Origin: Tilletiaria anomala UBC 951
Lineage: Eukaryota
Direction of reading: 5' to 3'
Length of the DNA: 64,000 nucleotides
Assembly (NCBI RefSeq): GCF_000711695.1
Contig: NW_013547017.1
Span: 62,001 to 126,000, forward strand
Shown here: positions 14,232-26,496 of the stretch, piece by piece
Position numbering within the stretch: position 1 is the stretch's first letter
Layout: each line of letters starts with the position of its first letter
The notes under the pieces: model-generated
Databases searched by the model: none
What the model saw: only the letters and a program-made list of their open reading frames with translations
What the model was told of the DNA's origin: nothing
Position numbers and translations under genes: made by a program

Positions 14232-14938
14232 TCAAGAGTGATCGAAGCTCAAGTAACTTCCATCCTGCTTGCTTGGGTCAGCTTGAAGGCGCTTCCTACC
14301 ATTAAAGTCATCGCTTGTGATCACGTTGTACGAAAACACCCGGTGAAGGGACGAGTCGCTGCTCGTACTGATGAATTCGAGACGCTCGCCCTCTGCTGAC
14401 GTGGTAAGACGCCAGAACTGGGTGACCTGTCCCGAGTCGTCATCGTAGTTGCAGGAATGAGCAGTGAACTTAGTGGGTGTCGAAGAAGAAAGCTCTTCGG
14501 CTCGCACACAGTACTTCCTGTTGTTGTGCGAGCGCAAGATGCCGGCCCTGATGCTGCCGGCAGGTGACGTGGAGATGCCGTTGTACCAGCCGAGCGTGGT
14601 GCTGTTGCAGGGAACGAAGTCAAATGTTTCATATTGCGATTCCTTCACTGCAATCGTCAACACTTGCTAAATTCGCCCCGAGGACAGGAACCAAAGGCTT
14701 TCAGTGTGAAACTCATGAGGGAATTATTTGACGATCTTAGTAGACTAACGTGACCGTATGAATTACGGACGCCGCTGAAGGAGAGGTGCATGTTGCACGT
14801 TTGGTCAAGCTCCGAATTTGGAGACAGCGTCAGCTTGCCAGAGGACCATGGCTCTGCGTCACAGCCGACCTCTTGGACGCGCTTGACAGGCGTGGCGCCC
14901 GCAGCAAGAGCAAAGAGAAGGACGGAGAGGAGCTGCAT
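14232..14938 (-). CDS. Small secreted cysteine-containing protein (effector/lectin-like), one intron
   Basis: Signal peptide MQLLSVLLFALAAGATP followed by VKR (Kex2 site), five Cys and a QFW motif. Intron GTTAGT..TAG near 14667-14749. TATA-like TATATATAG about 100 bp upstream. Confidence 0.7.
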
Positions 14939-16115
14939 GTTGACTTTTGTACCAGAGCGACGATACTGCTGCTGTTGGGAAAAAGGGATACTAGTTGGGG
15001 TGGCCATTACCACGAGCGAATGATTTCTTGGGCAGCTCTATATATAGCTTCAATCTAGGGTGTGGGCATCGAATCGCCTCGCAACATGCGGGACCAGGAG
15101 ACGCGTGCTTGAGACACCATTTCACCAGAAGCTGGGAGCTTGTTCTATCCCATTCATTGCTCAGCATCCGAGGGTCGAAGGGCGAGAGGGCCTTGGAACG
15201 CGCGACCCCGACGCATTGCAATGGCGTGTAGAAGAGTCCGAGTAGCAGGCATGTGTTCGCCGCGGAAATCGAGAGGAGCTGCCCATCTATCCAGAGCCTT
15301 GGCAGCTTGACAGGCCATGATGCTTGGCTTTGATTTTGATATCTGAAGCACTGAATGCTGACCTCAGATCGCTGAACACTGTACGTTGCGCACGTCTGTG
15401 AAATGTGAACTGCTGAACAGCAGAAGAGTACCAGCAGCCAGCCACAAATAATCGAGGATTGTCAGAAGCAGAGAAATGTTCTTTCCCCACCACGAGCATG
15501 GTGGGTGCGAATGAAGACAGATCGAGAGCTCTCCGCCCAGAGTTCGCACCGATCAATAAGCCACCAAAGTTCCCAAGTCTCCCGAAGATGATGATGAAGC
15601 ATGCGCCGCCAGGACGAGCTGAAAGTGCTGTGCGCATAAAGGTTCACATTACAGTCACCACTCAAAAATATTAATGACTGGGGTGGCTCCACGCAAATAG
15701 AAACTCCACGCCGCCGCGGAAGGAGGAAACGCCGGTCTGCCTCTCAAGTCCCGGGAATAAGCCACCCAAAAAGTCTCAATGCGCTCAACATCAACCAGGA
15801 CAGGACGTCATGAGTTGCACACTCTCATCGCTTCCTCACAATGCACGATGCTTCTTCGCTCCTTTGACAGTTGCCATACATTCTGACAAAACACTGTGCA
15901 TTCACTGTAGGTCTTGGTTGCGGGTGAGGTCAGAGTAGCGAGCGCACGCGCATGCGAACACGACAGCGCAGTGAGACTCGGGAGCATTCGGTCAACTGTT
16001 TTGTGTCTCTCCGCAGAAAAGCCGCCAAGCAGTTCCAGCAGAGCACCGTGGTCAACAGCCAAGTTCTGTTTTATGACACCCCGCGGGAACAGGATTGCAT
16101 CGTCTTGATTGCACT

Positions 16116-16823
16116 ATGCCGAAGGTCATTTCAAGGGTGAGCTTTGCTGTAATGTCGAACCGGAGGTCCTAATGGGCTCTGACGTGCTGCAAATGCCCCC
16201 CCCCCCCTCCGGCGTGCGACTACTACTTGCTACTTTCACAGTCCGCCATCTCGGCGTCCAAGGACGAAGATACCCGATCAAATCTACGCGTCTTCTACTG
16301 TCTCTGCGGCGAATTTGCGCTAGTTTGTGACCAGCCGCTGTCAGCGTGTCCCTCGAGGCCGCAGGATGGGTCATACGTGCTACGCTGCCTCGACTCCCGA
16401 GCGGATCCTGAGACGGGATACGTCAGGAAAGCGCGGATATTCAAGATCAGTGCAACACAGCGAGATCCGGTGCTCATCCGACGGTGAGCTTATATGTGGA
16501 GATGGCAAGGGCAGGCTTGCGTCGTCGGCGACGAGAGATGCAAGCAAGCCCCTTTGTCACTCGACGTAGTCGGCCGTCAGGCACCAATCCGCTAATGCAA
16601 GCTTCCCTTCGCTTACTTTTCTGCATCTCTCAGGCCGGATGGGTCTCTAGAAAAGCAATATCGATTCCATTGCCAGCGGTGTCAGTTGCCCTTGGGCTAC
16701 GAGACGACCGTGCCCCCGCTCAAAAGTGGAAACTTTACGTACATTCTCAAAGGCGCTCTCAGCGAAGCGCAAGGAACAGCACCACCCGATGCATTGTGGG
16801 CGGTGGAAGCGGAAGAGCCCTGA
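16116..16823 (+). CDS. STEEP1: STEEP1/CXorf56 (UPF0428) homolog, two introns
   Basis: MPKVISR|SAIS...LRVFYCLCGEFALV...P.RP.DGSYV...LIRR|PDGSLEKQYRFHCQRCQLPLGY...FTYILKGAL. Introns near 16137-16241 and 16484-16633. Confidence 0.85.
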
Positions 16824-16970
16824 ACGAAGGCATGCGGCTCCTTGATTTGTTCGCACCTTGTATCATCATCGTCATCATTAGCACCGTAAAGTTACTTGCA
16901 GATAACAAGAGTGCGAACGAGTACGTAGTGTATACTTGCGGACGACCATTGTCAGAACTATAGACGGTTC

Positions 16971-18677
16971 TCAGTCCTCCTCTAATGCAACCTGGCTCGG
17001 AAGGCCCTGCGCTCGCACCAGCGGCCTACCAAAGTCATCGATGCCGAGCCGGTTCTGTCGGATTTTCCAGCTGATGCAAAGAGCCAGCAATACGAGTTGG
17101 AGCGTTCCCGTAGCAACAAATGCAGCAAGAGAAGACCAATCTGTACCGGGCCTGATCGCAAGCTGCGCAGGATGGAATACTTGCTGCGTCAGTTGTGTTC
17201 ATGTGCGAGAAGTAGACAAGCGCTGTTGAGGGAACCCACCGAGTACACGAAGATGACACTGCCGGGAACTTGAAGGCACATCATCGGGATGCTTAGCGAC
17301 CCCACCAGCTTGGCCCTGGCGGTATAGATGATCTGCGGGATGTACTGTCCAGCAGCCAAGATCGTACCGGTCACTCCGAGGAAGGCAGCCCACCGTTGCA
17401 CGAGCAACTTGGACCCTTTCGGTACAGAAGTCAGGAGCTTCCCGCGCACAGACAGAAGCGATTCCAGAGGGGCAGGAATTAGGTTGGGGATGGTAGGGTC
17501 GCGAGGATCAGGAAAAGATTCGGTCGGTAGAGACGTGACTAGGAGCAGGGTGATCAAGAATACGAAAATACTGCGGAGCAAGGAAGGGAGCATTCAGCTT
17601 GCACGTAGCATGAGATCCATGGGAGCATTTGCACGTCTCAGCACTCACAAGTGAAGGGCGACGACCCATGCGAGCGCGAGAGACAGGCTCCATTCTGCCG
17701 TTCTCCGCTTAGACTTCTTGCGCAGCGCCTTCTTCCAAGCTTTCACCGCTGTCTGGCTCGGCGTGCGCGGGTGCGCTGGGCTGCCTGTCTGAGGAACCTG
17801 GAGGAGGTTGCTTCCGGGCTGATTTGATTGATCCATTGGCCCTGGCGCACTCGGCATGCCAGGAACGGCGTAAGCACCGCTGGCAGTCTGTCTCCCTGGC
17901 GGACCTAACGCAGCACCTTCGGTCTGCGGAGCCTTCCAGATGGGCCAGAAGGTGGGCACGAGTCTGGCAAATGCGCTGCTGCTGGCGTCCGCTTGTGCTT
18001 CTTCGGTGATGCGTGCGACGGCTGATTGCGTCGGCGTGCCGATTCCAACGGCCGAAACGCCGCTGCCGACAGCTTGGATACCCGAGTAATTTTCTTGGAT
18101 ATGCGAATCAAGAGAGTCGAGGTCCTCGACGTCATCCGACCATGCAGATGAGCCTCCTGAAGACGTATCATCGTCTTCGGCAAGAAGGCGTGGCCTTCGT
18201 GTTCGTCCAGGCAGCGCAATAGACCGCTCGTAGCGCAGCTCTTTTGGGTAATAGATGAGAAACAGGGCGAGACTGCTCAAAGGGAGGGCGTCAACGTCAA
18301 CACTCTGATTTGCACTCGGGGATGCTAAGAGCTTACATTGCAACGAAACAGAGCCATTGCAGCCCGACTTGCAATATGCCGAGGACCGACTCGGCGCAGA
18401 TGGCGGTCGAGACGATCGAGCAGCACCTGACAAGGCCCCACTGCAATGCGACGACGTTGAGGAAGCTGCTAGAGGAACTTGTGGCGCCTAGAAGCAGGAA
18501 CCATGGTGAGAATCCAAGCGACGATTTCTTCAAGATGATTCGGATGACCTGTGGAAGGTAAGACACAACCAAGCCGATGCAGAGGAATACAGCAAGCCCA
18601 GTTGCGACTGGATCGTGCTGCGATGGGCACTGGACGTGGTCTCCGGTTTTGCTGAGGATTGCCATTGGTGATGACAT
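16971..18677 (-). CDS. PQ-loop repeat membrane transporter (spliced)
   Basis: Two PQ loops (SYLPQVIRI...SSLGFS; QYIPQIIYT...GSLSIPMMCLQVPG), multiple TM segments, long cytosolic loop. Last exon ends LGIDDFGRPL...EED*. Confidence 0.85.
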
Positions 18678-19164
18678 GATGGCTGGCGGCGCTCGTTCGC
18701 AATCAGGCTTGCGTGGGGTCCCACCGAATCCAAATGGGCAGTACCTTTGCCAGCTCCCTTTTGTATGACCTCCACCTGCCGATTACAAGCCGCTTCCTCA
18801 GAGTCTCTACAAGTACATAGCAGCAGCGCAGCGAAGAGCGAGCCATCTCAGCACGGACGCGATGTGTTGTTGTGTGACCAGGCCCCTCCCTGGTGGCGCA
18901 AAGAACAAAGCCAGCGCCCCCGCAACTGTGCCGCTCTGGCTGTGGTGTGAGACTGGCTGGGAGAGGACGGTGAGAGTCAAGAAGTCAAAACCCGTTCCGC
19001 TCACAATTTCCTATTCTGGAGTGAAGAACAGTCGACACTGGACAGGGATTCAAATAGGCTGCATACAGCATGCCTGAAGATGGCGAGGCTCGAGGAGCGC
19101 CCACAATCAAGCGCCTTCACTGTGGATTAAAGGTGCAGCCGCAGAGCCCGAACAGAGCTCGAAC

Positions 19165-19680
19165 ATGGGTGGCGCGAATGGCAAGGGCAAAGCCGGTCCC
19201 CGTGTTCCATCGGCGAGGAAGGGCAGCGGCAAGAAGCGCAAGACGTTTTCAGAGGACCTCGGTCTAGATCACCTCAAAGCGCTGACGGCTCAGATCGCTG
19301 GCGAGAAGGATGAAAGGCATCAGAAGCGTTTAGAGCGTGCAAAGCAACAGCAGGAGCAATCTGCGTCCAAGCTGAAACATCAAGATGGCTCAGCAAGCAG
19401 AGGAAAAGGGGTCAAGGTGCGTGCATGTTTCGATCAGCTGATACTATGCCATTGGCAATGCATGACACGAGCCCTACTGCTGCATACACAGCGCCTGGAC
19501 GAGGTGAAAGCGAGACTAAAAGCCAAGGTCCGCGAGAAGGCCAAGCGGCGAAAAGAAGCTCGCAATCAAAAGGCGAGCGTCAGCGATTCGAGCATGGGTA
19601 TGGAAGGCAAGTCTGCCGCGCCCGCAAGCCCCGTTGGCCCAGACATCAGCAAGAAACGCAAAACAGTCGCCTTTGCGTGA
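19165..19680 (+). CDS. LOC1: Loc1-like 60S assembly/RNA-binding protein
   Basis: Small Lys/Arg-rich protein with KKRKTFSED..L, KRLERAK, RLDEVKARLK and C-terminal KKRKTVAFA, resembling the Loc1 KKVSFA end. 75-nt intron 19417-19491. Confidence 0.55.
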   Translation: MGGANGKGKAGPRVPSARKGSGKKRKTFSEDLGLDHLKALTAQIAGEKDERHQKRLERAKQQQEQSASKLKHQDGSASRGKGVKVRACFDQLILCHWQCMTRALLLHTQRLDEVKARLKAKVREKAKRRKEARNQKASVSDSSMGMEGKSAAPASPVGPDISKKRKTVAFA

Positions 19681-19803
19681 TCATGACAGGTACTCCTACT
19701 GTATCCTTATTGCGATTCTATTCTGTATCATACCTTTCATCAAGCGGCGCGAAAGGCAAACGCAGGCGTGGCACACGTCGATGAAAACCGTGTCATTGCA
19801 TCT

Positions 19804-20660
19804 TCAATCGATGAGGTATTTGCGCTTGAAAAAGCCCCGCAAGTGAACGATCTGCCATATCCCGAGGGCTAGCAATCCCACAATCGTCAGCCAGCCGAAC
19901 TTTGCGACCCGTTCGTTGGTGGATTCTGGTTGATCGGTAAGAGAAGAAAGAGAAGGGCAGTGTCAAACATGTGCACGCAGAACATGTGTGCTTCATGCAA
20001 GCCGCACCATTTGTGTCTCGCATCCGTGCTTCCCGCTTCTTGAGATAGTCCATCTCGTTGAGAACCTCATCCGCAACCGCTTCCAGCTTTCTTAGCTCGG
20101 TTTCGAGGCCAGACAGTGACTCCTGGTTGGCGATGGCATTGTAGTCGACAGCATCGGCGCCAATGTCGACATCGAGGTCGACAACAGCATGATATGAATG
20201 GGTACCTCGTGAGCTCACGCCTGTGTCAGCAGATCATGATCAAAGTCAGCGTTATGTATTCTTCTTTCACAGATCCTGGCTAGACAGGCTGCTCACTCTT
20301 GCTCAGGTGGTTCTTGAAGCACACACCGAGGTCGGCGTTGCTGTGGGTGTTGATAGCCATCCTCGTCTCGCCCTCGACCTTCTTCTTGTTGAGGTAAACA
20401 TTTTTGTGCTTGCTTCCATCGACGATCTGCACATCCATCGCCTGCTTGTCCGAGTTGCTGCCCATCGGCGAGATGTTGACGGTTATCACGACCAACGTGT
20501 TAGCCAGTGCGTAGTTCCACACGCACTTCTCGTACGGCTCGTGGGATGCTGGCACCTCGAACTTGATCGCCGAGACACATTGCAGGCAGAGCGAGAGAGC
20601 GACCAGCGCGGCCCACAGCAGAGCCATGGGTGGTTGGAGGGGCAGACTGGTGAGGCGCAT
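19804..20660 (-). CDS. ERV25: p24 delta family cargo receptor (Erv25/TMP21)
   Basis: Signal peptide, GOLD domain (KCVWNY...LGVCFKN), DLDVDIGADAVDYNAIA, coiled coil LE.ELRKLE, MRDTNESTNERV, TM segment and FFKRKYLID* tail. Confidence 0.92.
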
Positions 20661-21304
20661 GTTGGCTAAGAAACGCAGCGTCAGAAGCGAGGCAGATGTC
20701 CAGTTGTATATGGTGTGGCTGAAAGATGCGCTTGAGTCGGGCCCCAGGATTCACTACTCACTTTCTCCGAGCCTTCTCGTCTGCAATGGATGCTAGTGAG
20801 CGATGCAAGGCAGCTGACAGGACAATCCTCCTCTAGGCTTGTTTCACAGTCCGAGAAGATGCTCGTAGTGGATGGCGTAAGGAAGCCGGTACACAAGCTG
20901 ATGCGATCACCTGATGGGTTTTCCCAGAAAAGCACGATGTTGTCCATATTGGTGGAGCAAGTGGGCGTGCCGCGTGTCATGCGCGGAAGAGCGAGAGAAG
21001 CAGAGCCACGGGCGTGCTACACCCGTTCCGTTTTTGATGCTGGGGCCATCCATCTTCGCATCGATTTCATCTCTGGGATCGTTCTTCGCCTCGTATGCAA
21101 ATGCCCAGGGTCAGCTGCAAACATCCTTGCTCGTCAAGGGGAGCGACCTGGGTATCAAAGAGGAGCGAGTCAAGCGCTCGAGCTGCGCGTTGAGGCAGTT
21201 CCCTTGCGACCTCTACGACCCGCTGGAAAGTGCCTATGGGCTGCTCGGAGTCATTCGCCTAGCTCTTGCTGACTCGCTCTGGGTGCGGTGTGCAGACAGG
21301 CGTC

Positions 21305-21771
21305 ATGAGCTCGCTTGTAGCTTATACTGAAAGTAAGTATCGAAGCCATTAGCGTGGCAGCCAAGCACAGTCTGGGCTCTGGAAGTTCCTGACGGCCTTT
21401 CACTACGTAGAGCAAGTTCTCCTCATCACTCAAGATGGACGCGTAATCGTCGGTCAGCTGCGAGGTTTTGACACCGCCGGTAGCATCATCCTCTCTCAGT
21501 GCATAGAGCGCATTTACAGCGCGGAGGATGGCGTTGAAGAGCTCCCTCTAGGGCTATACATCGTTCGAGGCGACGCAATGTGGGTCCACGCATCTCGCTT
21601 CTCTGCAACCCGCAACGATGCTGATCGTTCTGGATGTCTGCCCTTCGCTGCCTTCCCTTTCATTGTTGCGCTCACAGCGCACTTATCGGCGAGATGGACG
21701 TTGAGAAAGACAAGGCGATTGACCACTCCTCGGTCCGTGCAGAGCCGCTGCCCGAGGTCCGCCACGGCTAA
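21305..21771 (+). CDS. LSM8: U6 snRNA-associated Sm-like protein Lsm8 (three exons; absent from the ORF track)
   Basis: Spliced product MSSLVAYTEKQVLLITQDGRVIVGQLRGFDTAGSIILSQCIERIYSAEDGVEELPLGLYIVRGDAIALIGEMDVEKDKAIDHSSVRAEPLPEVRHG*. Introns 21333-21410 and about 21580-21677. Confidence 0.92.
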
Positions 21772-22410
21772 GAAGCGTCGGCTTGCTCGTCCTAACCTTT
21801 GCCTTCTCTTGGCAAGGCGCCATTTTGGAACTCCCATTTACAATACGAAGCATGATTTTGTAGCCTGGTCCACTTTGATGTGGCATCGGATGGCGGTCCC
21901 CTGCACCTCCGACGCGTGCAATCGCACAGGAGAGCAAAAAGAAGGCCAACGCTATCCATCACGCTAGACGTTTGCAGTAGTCCACACTCGGGAGGCGCGA
22001 TCTGTTTCGAGACAAGAGAATGTTTGAAGGGGGACGAGAGGCCATCCGACGGCCAAAAGCGAGCTGAGACTCCGTCACTCGCACGCGCCGCAGCGCGACT
22101 GCGCATATGCCATCCTGTCAATGAAGGCAGTGCTTGCTGATGACCACAACCGCCTCGAGCACGACCCGTGTGTAGCCTACCCTCTTCCGTGCCTGAGCAC
22201 TGCTTCGCAACGCGCATACCAAAGTACCTACGACGTTCACTGTCTTGCACATCGATTGAGCAGACCACATGATTGAAAAAGGTTCGCAGGTAAACCCCCT
22301 CGTGTATTTGACCGCTATCTGATCCGCTTGATTGAACAGTTTATCAAGTACATCTTCTTTCGTTGCTCTTACTCGCAAGCCTCGACCTCTGATCACCTCC
22401 CTGCATCTCT

Positions 22411-23445
22411 CTATGAGCTTGTGGGTGCGGCGCTAGCAGCCGGCGCAGAGCTAGTTGTTGCTGCGGGGTCCTTTGCGCCCCCGGCGGTTGAGCCCGAGTC
22501 AAAATGGGCGGCCATCAGCTTGGCAGTCTCCCGGTCGAGCCGCCAAGTGATGCATACAGGCCGTTGCGTCTTGTCCTTCTTGCCGCCCTTGCCACCTGTG
22601 GATCCACCTGCTGCTCCCGTCGGCGTGTTCGGTGTCGCAGGCGTGGTCGGCGTGTTCGATGTCACAGGCGTGGTCGGCGTGCTCGGTGTCGCAGGCGTGG
22701 TCGGCGTGCTCGGTGTCGCAGGCGTGGTCGGCGTGCTTGGTGTCGCAGGCGTGGTCGGCGTCGTTGCATCGCCGGCAGCTGGAGCAGCGGTGCCAGCATC
22801 GGCACGAATGCTGAGATCACTCTTTCCCTTCCTGCTGCCGCCTTTGCGAAGCTTGGCATGCGACATGTTCTGATTGTGCACAAGGTCACCTTTGTGGAAG
22901 ATGTAGCGTGAAGCAGCACCATTGTGGTAGCAGACGGCATGCTCCCAGCTGTGCTTGGTTAGGGAATCACTCGCCACCTTATTGAGGACCTTGTTCAGAC
23001 CCGGAGGGTACGGGCCAGTAGCAGCGCCAGAAGCTGACTGTGACGGTGTGACAGCCTTTTGGGCGCCTGAGCTAGTGCCAGCAGAACTAGGGGTGGAGGG
23101 TGTGATAGCCTCGGCGTGCATCTGACTGACGACCTGACCATTGACTGTCTTGATCTGCGTTGTCGAGACACCTACGACCCTTTCGCGGGGCCAGAGCGCC
23201 TGTTGTGCCTGCTCCTCACCGACGATTTGACCGTTGACTTCTTGGATCCGCCTTGACGAGAGTCCTACGACCCTCTCGCGGGCTTCGAGCTCTTGTTGCC
23301 TCTGCTCTTGCGGGTAAGCGCGACGCGTAACGTCGCCTGCCATGCCATTGAATTGGTAGCCTGACGAAGACGCTTCGCTGGCCGAGACACTAGCCGCCCC
23401 GCCGATGACGCCGAGCGCAACAATGGAAGACCAGATGAAATGCAT
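22411..23445 (-). CDS. Secreted repeat-containing protein (effector/adhesin-like)
   Basis: Intronless 344-aa ORF with signal peptide, two ERVVG.S...I..VNGQ.V repeats, a Thr/Pro repeat tract and two Cys. Confidence 0.8.
   Translation of the reverse strand: MHFIWSSIVALGVIGGAASVSASEASSSGYQFNGMAGDVTRRAYPQEQRQQELEARERVVGLSSRRIQEVNGQIVGEEQAQQALWPRERVVGVSTTQIKTVNGQVVSQMHAEAITPSTPSSAGTSSGAQKAVTPSQSASGAATGPYPPGLNKVLNKVASDSLTKHSWEHAVCYHNGAASRYIFHKGDLVHNQNMSHAKLRKGGSRKGKSDLSIRADAGTAAPAAGDATTPTTPATPSTPTTPATPSTPTTPATPSTPTTPVTSNTPTTPATPNTPTGAAGGSTGGKGGKKDKTQRPVCITWRLDRETAKLMAAHFDSGSTAGGAKDPAATTSSAPAASAAPTSS
22621..22761. repeat. 27-bp coding minisatellite, about 5.2 copies (TTPATPSTP)
   Basis: Unit cggcgtgctcggtgtcgcaggcgtggt starts at 22621, 22648, 22675, 22702 and 22729 with few substitutions. 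Confidence 0.95.
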
Positions 23446-24386
23446 CTTGGGCTTATTTTTGTGCGGTTGGCTGGGTAAGATGTTGGGAGAGCAAGAGATA
23501 GGAAACGAACGAAAAAAGGTTGTGGGCGTAGGTAGAATTGAACGACCTGCGTTACTTGAAGGGGGACGAAGAGGATGCGACTAGGAAAGGAGATACACGA
23601 CCAGCGTGTATTCTGGAGGTAGCTGACGAAGATTAGAGGTGACCAATGGGACAGGTGGTGGTAAGAAGGTGTACACTGTGGGACATGGAGGATGTGTACG
23701 CGGCAAGGTATATAAAGCATAGGGTGGGCTTGCCGGCTGCTGGAAGCTGGGTGTGGGTGCGGCGCGGGAGAGGAAGAAACACAGTGCTGTTGTGCCTGTC
23801 CCTGCGCGTGGCCTTGTCATCGAAAGTTCTGCACTACGCAGGCCGGCAGCCTGTAGACTGGACAGTCGAGGTAGATATTGCGGGTGGCCCGCCGCCACCT
23901 GCCTGTCCAACCGGCAAAAAACGAAAATCAAGAAGGAGCATCTTAGCACATTTTCCCGAGCCAGCAGGCAGCTGCTCGCCTTCCCTCGCTTGGGGAGTTT
24001 GGAACACTTCAGGTGGCACTGCGCGGGCGGCGATGCCGTCTGCGCCACACCCTAGCTTCTTCTGGGGAGCCTTCCTCGGGGCCTCCGGGGGTTAATGTGG
24101 CGCAGCCCGTGGTCTAACCTTGTAACTTGTTTACGTCGCAAACTCGAAAACACACAATGTTGGTCACGTGAGCATTTTCACAACATGCAGGCGCGTGAGG
24201 CGTTCTATTTATATTTGTCACGAGAGTGCTGCACCTGACGCTTTACACGGGCTGGTTCCCATGTCAGATAGCACGAGAGCAAACATAGGCGCGTGGACTT
24301 TGATTGAGGTGATGCGGATGGGTTGTGCTACACATTTCGGCTCCGCAAATTCGTGCGCGAGCCCTGTCCTTAAAAGCTGAACAGGC

Positions 24387-26083
24387 TCACAATCGTGGCC
24401 GCTCGACTACGAGATAGGCAGGGATCGATTTGATGTCATCGTTGTCGTCCTCAAAAGTCAACTGGTACCGTGCATTCAGCAGCTCCGATTCCTTTTTCAG
24501 CAACTGTTCAGAAATATGTATAAATTGAACTTTGATCAACAACACTACCCAAAAAGGGGGGAACCTCGCCCGCTCGTCCTCACATTCTTCGGGGATACCT
24601 TGTGCACGCCAGGCCCACCCCCCTTGACCGTCGCCTGATAGAAGCAGCTCGTGTCGGGATAGAGTGCGAGCACCTTGTGTCCGACGGAATAGTCTCGCGC
24701 AGGCAGCGTCAGAGCAGTTTCTGGGAGAGGGACAATCGCTTTCAGAGTCGTGTTCCACGTGCTATTAGGGGTTGAGTGAAGCATTAGCACATCTTGACCT
24801 TCGCCAACGTTGTACGGTGCGCATCAAAGCCGAACTCACGGAGACACGCCCCTGCTGTCTTCTTCGGCATCCTGAACAACGTATCTGTGAATGCAAACAT
24901 GAGTAAGTGGCCAAATACGCGTCAGCCGGCCTCCCTTGCGCCACATGCTCACCGATTGCGGTCATTGTTGATGCACTCAATGATTGTCGCGAGGATCCAC
25001 GTTTCGCCTTCCTCCTCCGGCGGAGCGCCTGGAAGATTCTGCGAAGGTGCTGCAGTATCACTGGCGGCGGCAGGAGGCGCAGACGCCTTGTCGCCGGTGA
25101 CCTTCTTGACCGTTGGCTGTCGAAACGCTACTTTGCGACCCTTCTGTAGCGGTAGCTGTGCCGCAAGCTGCTCCCGCCTCGCCTTGGCCGGGTCAAGATA
25201 GCCACCCGTCGCAGACAGCGTGTTAGCTGTAGTGGTTGCCACCAGCTGCCTTTCGGTCGTGTGTGTGGCAGATGGCACCTGTGCGGTCATGCCCTTGCGC
25301 CAGCCCTTTCCCTTGCCTTTGAACACCCCTGCCTTGCTTGCGGCAGGTTTGTCTGCGGAGGTTGACGATGGAGATGCCCCGCTATGTTTTTTGTCCTCTG
25401 CTGGAGATGGAGGCTGCTGCACAGGTGCCGGTGAGGTACGAGCCGACGGCGAGGGTGAGGTTAGTGACGACGGCGCTGGTGACCCAGCGTCAGTTCGCCT
25501 CCGCTTGCGGCTGTGATCTGTCGATTCCAAAAGCACCGTAGGAATTCAGCAATCAACGTGACACTCAAGCTTCTGATGAGGTGCTTACCATGATCTTCAT
25601 TCGGCACCGAAGAGAGCAACGCTTGGAGGATGCCAAGCTTCTCGATAGCATTATCGTATACTCTGGGGATTGAGACACGCGCTGTGTCAGTGCGAAGAGA
25701 CAGGCTGTTACTCGAAAATGATATGCGCACTCGAGTTCGTGCTTTGTGACCGTCAAGAGGTGAGCATGTACCTCATTGAATTCCTTGAGCAGCTCGCTCC
25801 GTGGAGAGGCTTCATTTGCCGCAAGCTGCAATCTAAGCGATTCATGTTTGCCCATCATCGCAGCGCGTTTGTTGGGCAGATCGTCTGCGTTTCTGAGATC
25901 TGATGCGATCGTGGACCAAAGAGATATCTCTATAATGATATCCAGCAGGTTTGGCACGCGTTGAATAATGCGTGATTAGCATCTGTTCACAAAGGTTTGC
26001 AGAAAGCGGATCGCAAACTGACCATCTCTACGATTGCCGTTGCCACCGCTCTGGGGCTGGTTCTTCTCGGGGTCGGTAGACAT
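24387..26083 (-). CDS. SGF29: SAGA subunit Sgf29 (tandem Tudor H3K4me reader), multi-exon
   Basis: QLPLQKGRKVAFR, ETWILATI, Y.VQDAE, WNTTLKAIVPLP, VLALYPDTSCFYQATV and YQLTFEDD...IPAYLVVE. N-terminal exons (MSTDPEK.. / EISLWSTI) are inferred. Confidence 0.88.
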
Positions 26084-26496
26084 GGCGAGCGCTCTCAGAC
26101 GAAGCGCGCCGGCTGTCGGCAACGATGCGACGAGGAACCGTGACGATCCTACGACTGTCGGTCGAATGGATATACATACACACTGCGGCTAATGCATTCC
26201 AGCATGACATAAGTGATTGAAAGTTGCGTTGCACTCGGATCAGCGCCAAGATATTGGGAAGAGTGGGCCGGATAAACCGTCACGCGGGAGAGGACCAGAC
26301 GTGGCGCGAGAACGCGTCTGCGACGGGGCGACACAACGAAAACAACATGCAAGCAACATCTATATTGTGATCGATCACATCGGATAGTCGACACTTCGTC
26401 GGCAGCGCTTCCTATGCACCAAGACGGCACTATTCTGCATGCATTTTTGTGCGAGTAACTCTTCTCAACCAGACCACAGAAACGCCTATCGGCCAA

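Noticed and set aside
22621..22761. 27-bp repeat as a possible CRISPR array
   Set aside because: Head-to-tail with no spacers, in frame within a eukaryotic CDS.
24095..24130. TGGCGCAG A-box-like word suggesting a tRNA (also near 57840)
   Set aside because: No B box (GTTCRA) or cloverleaf downstream.
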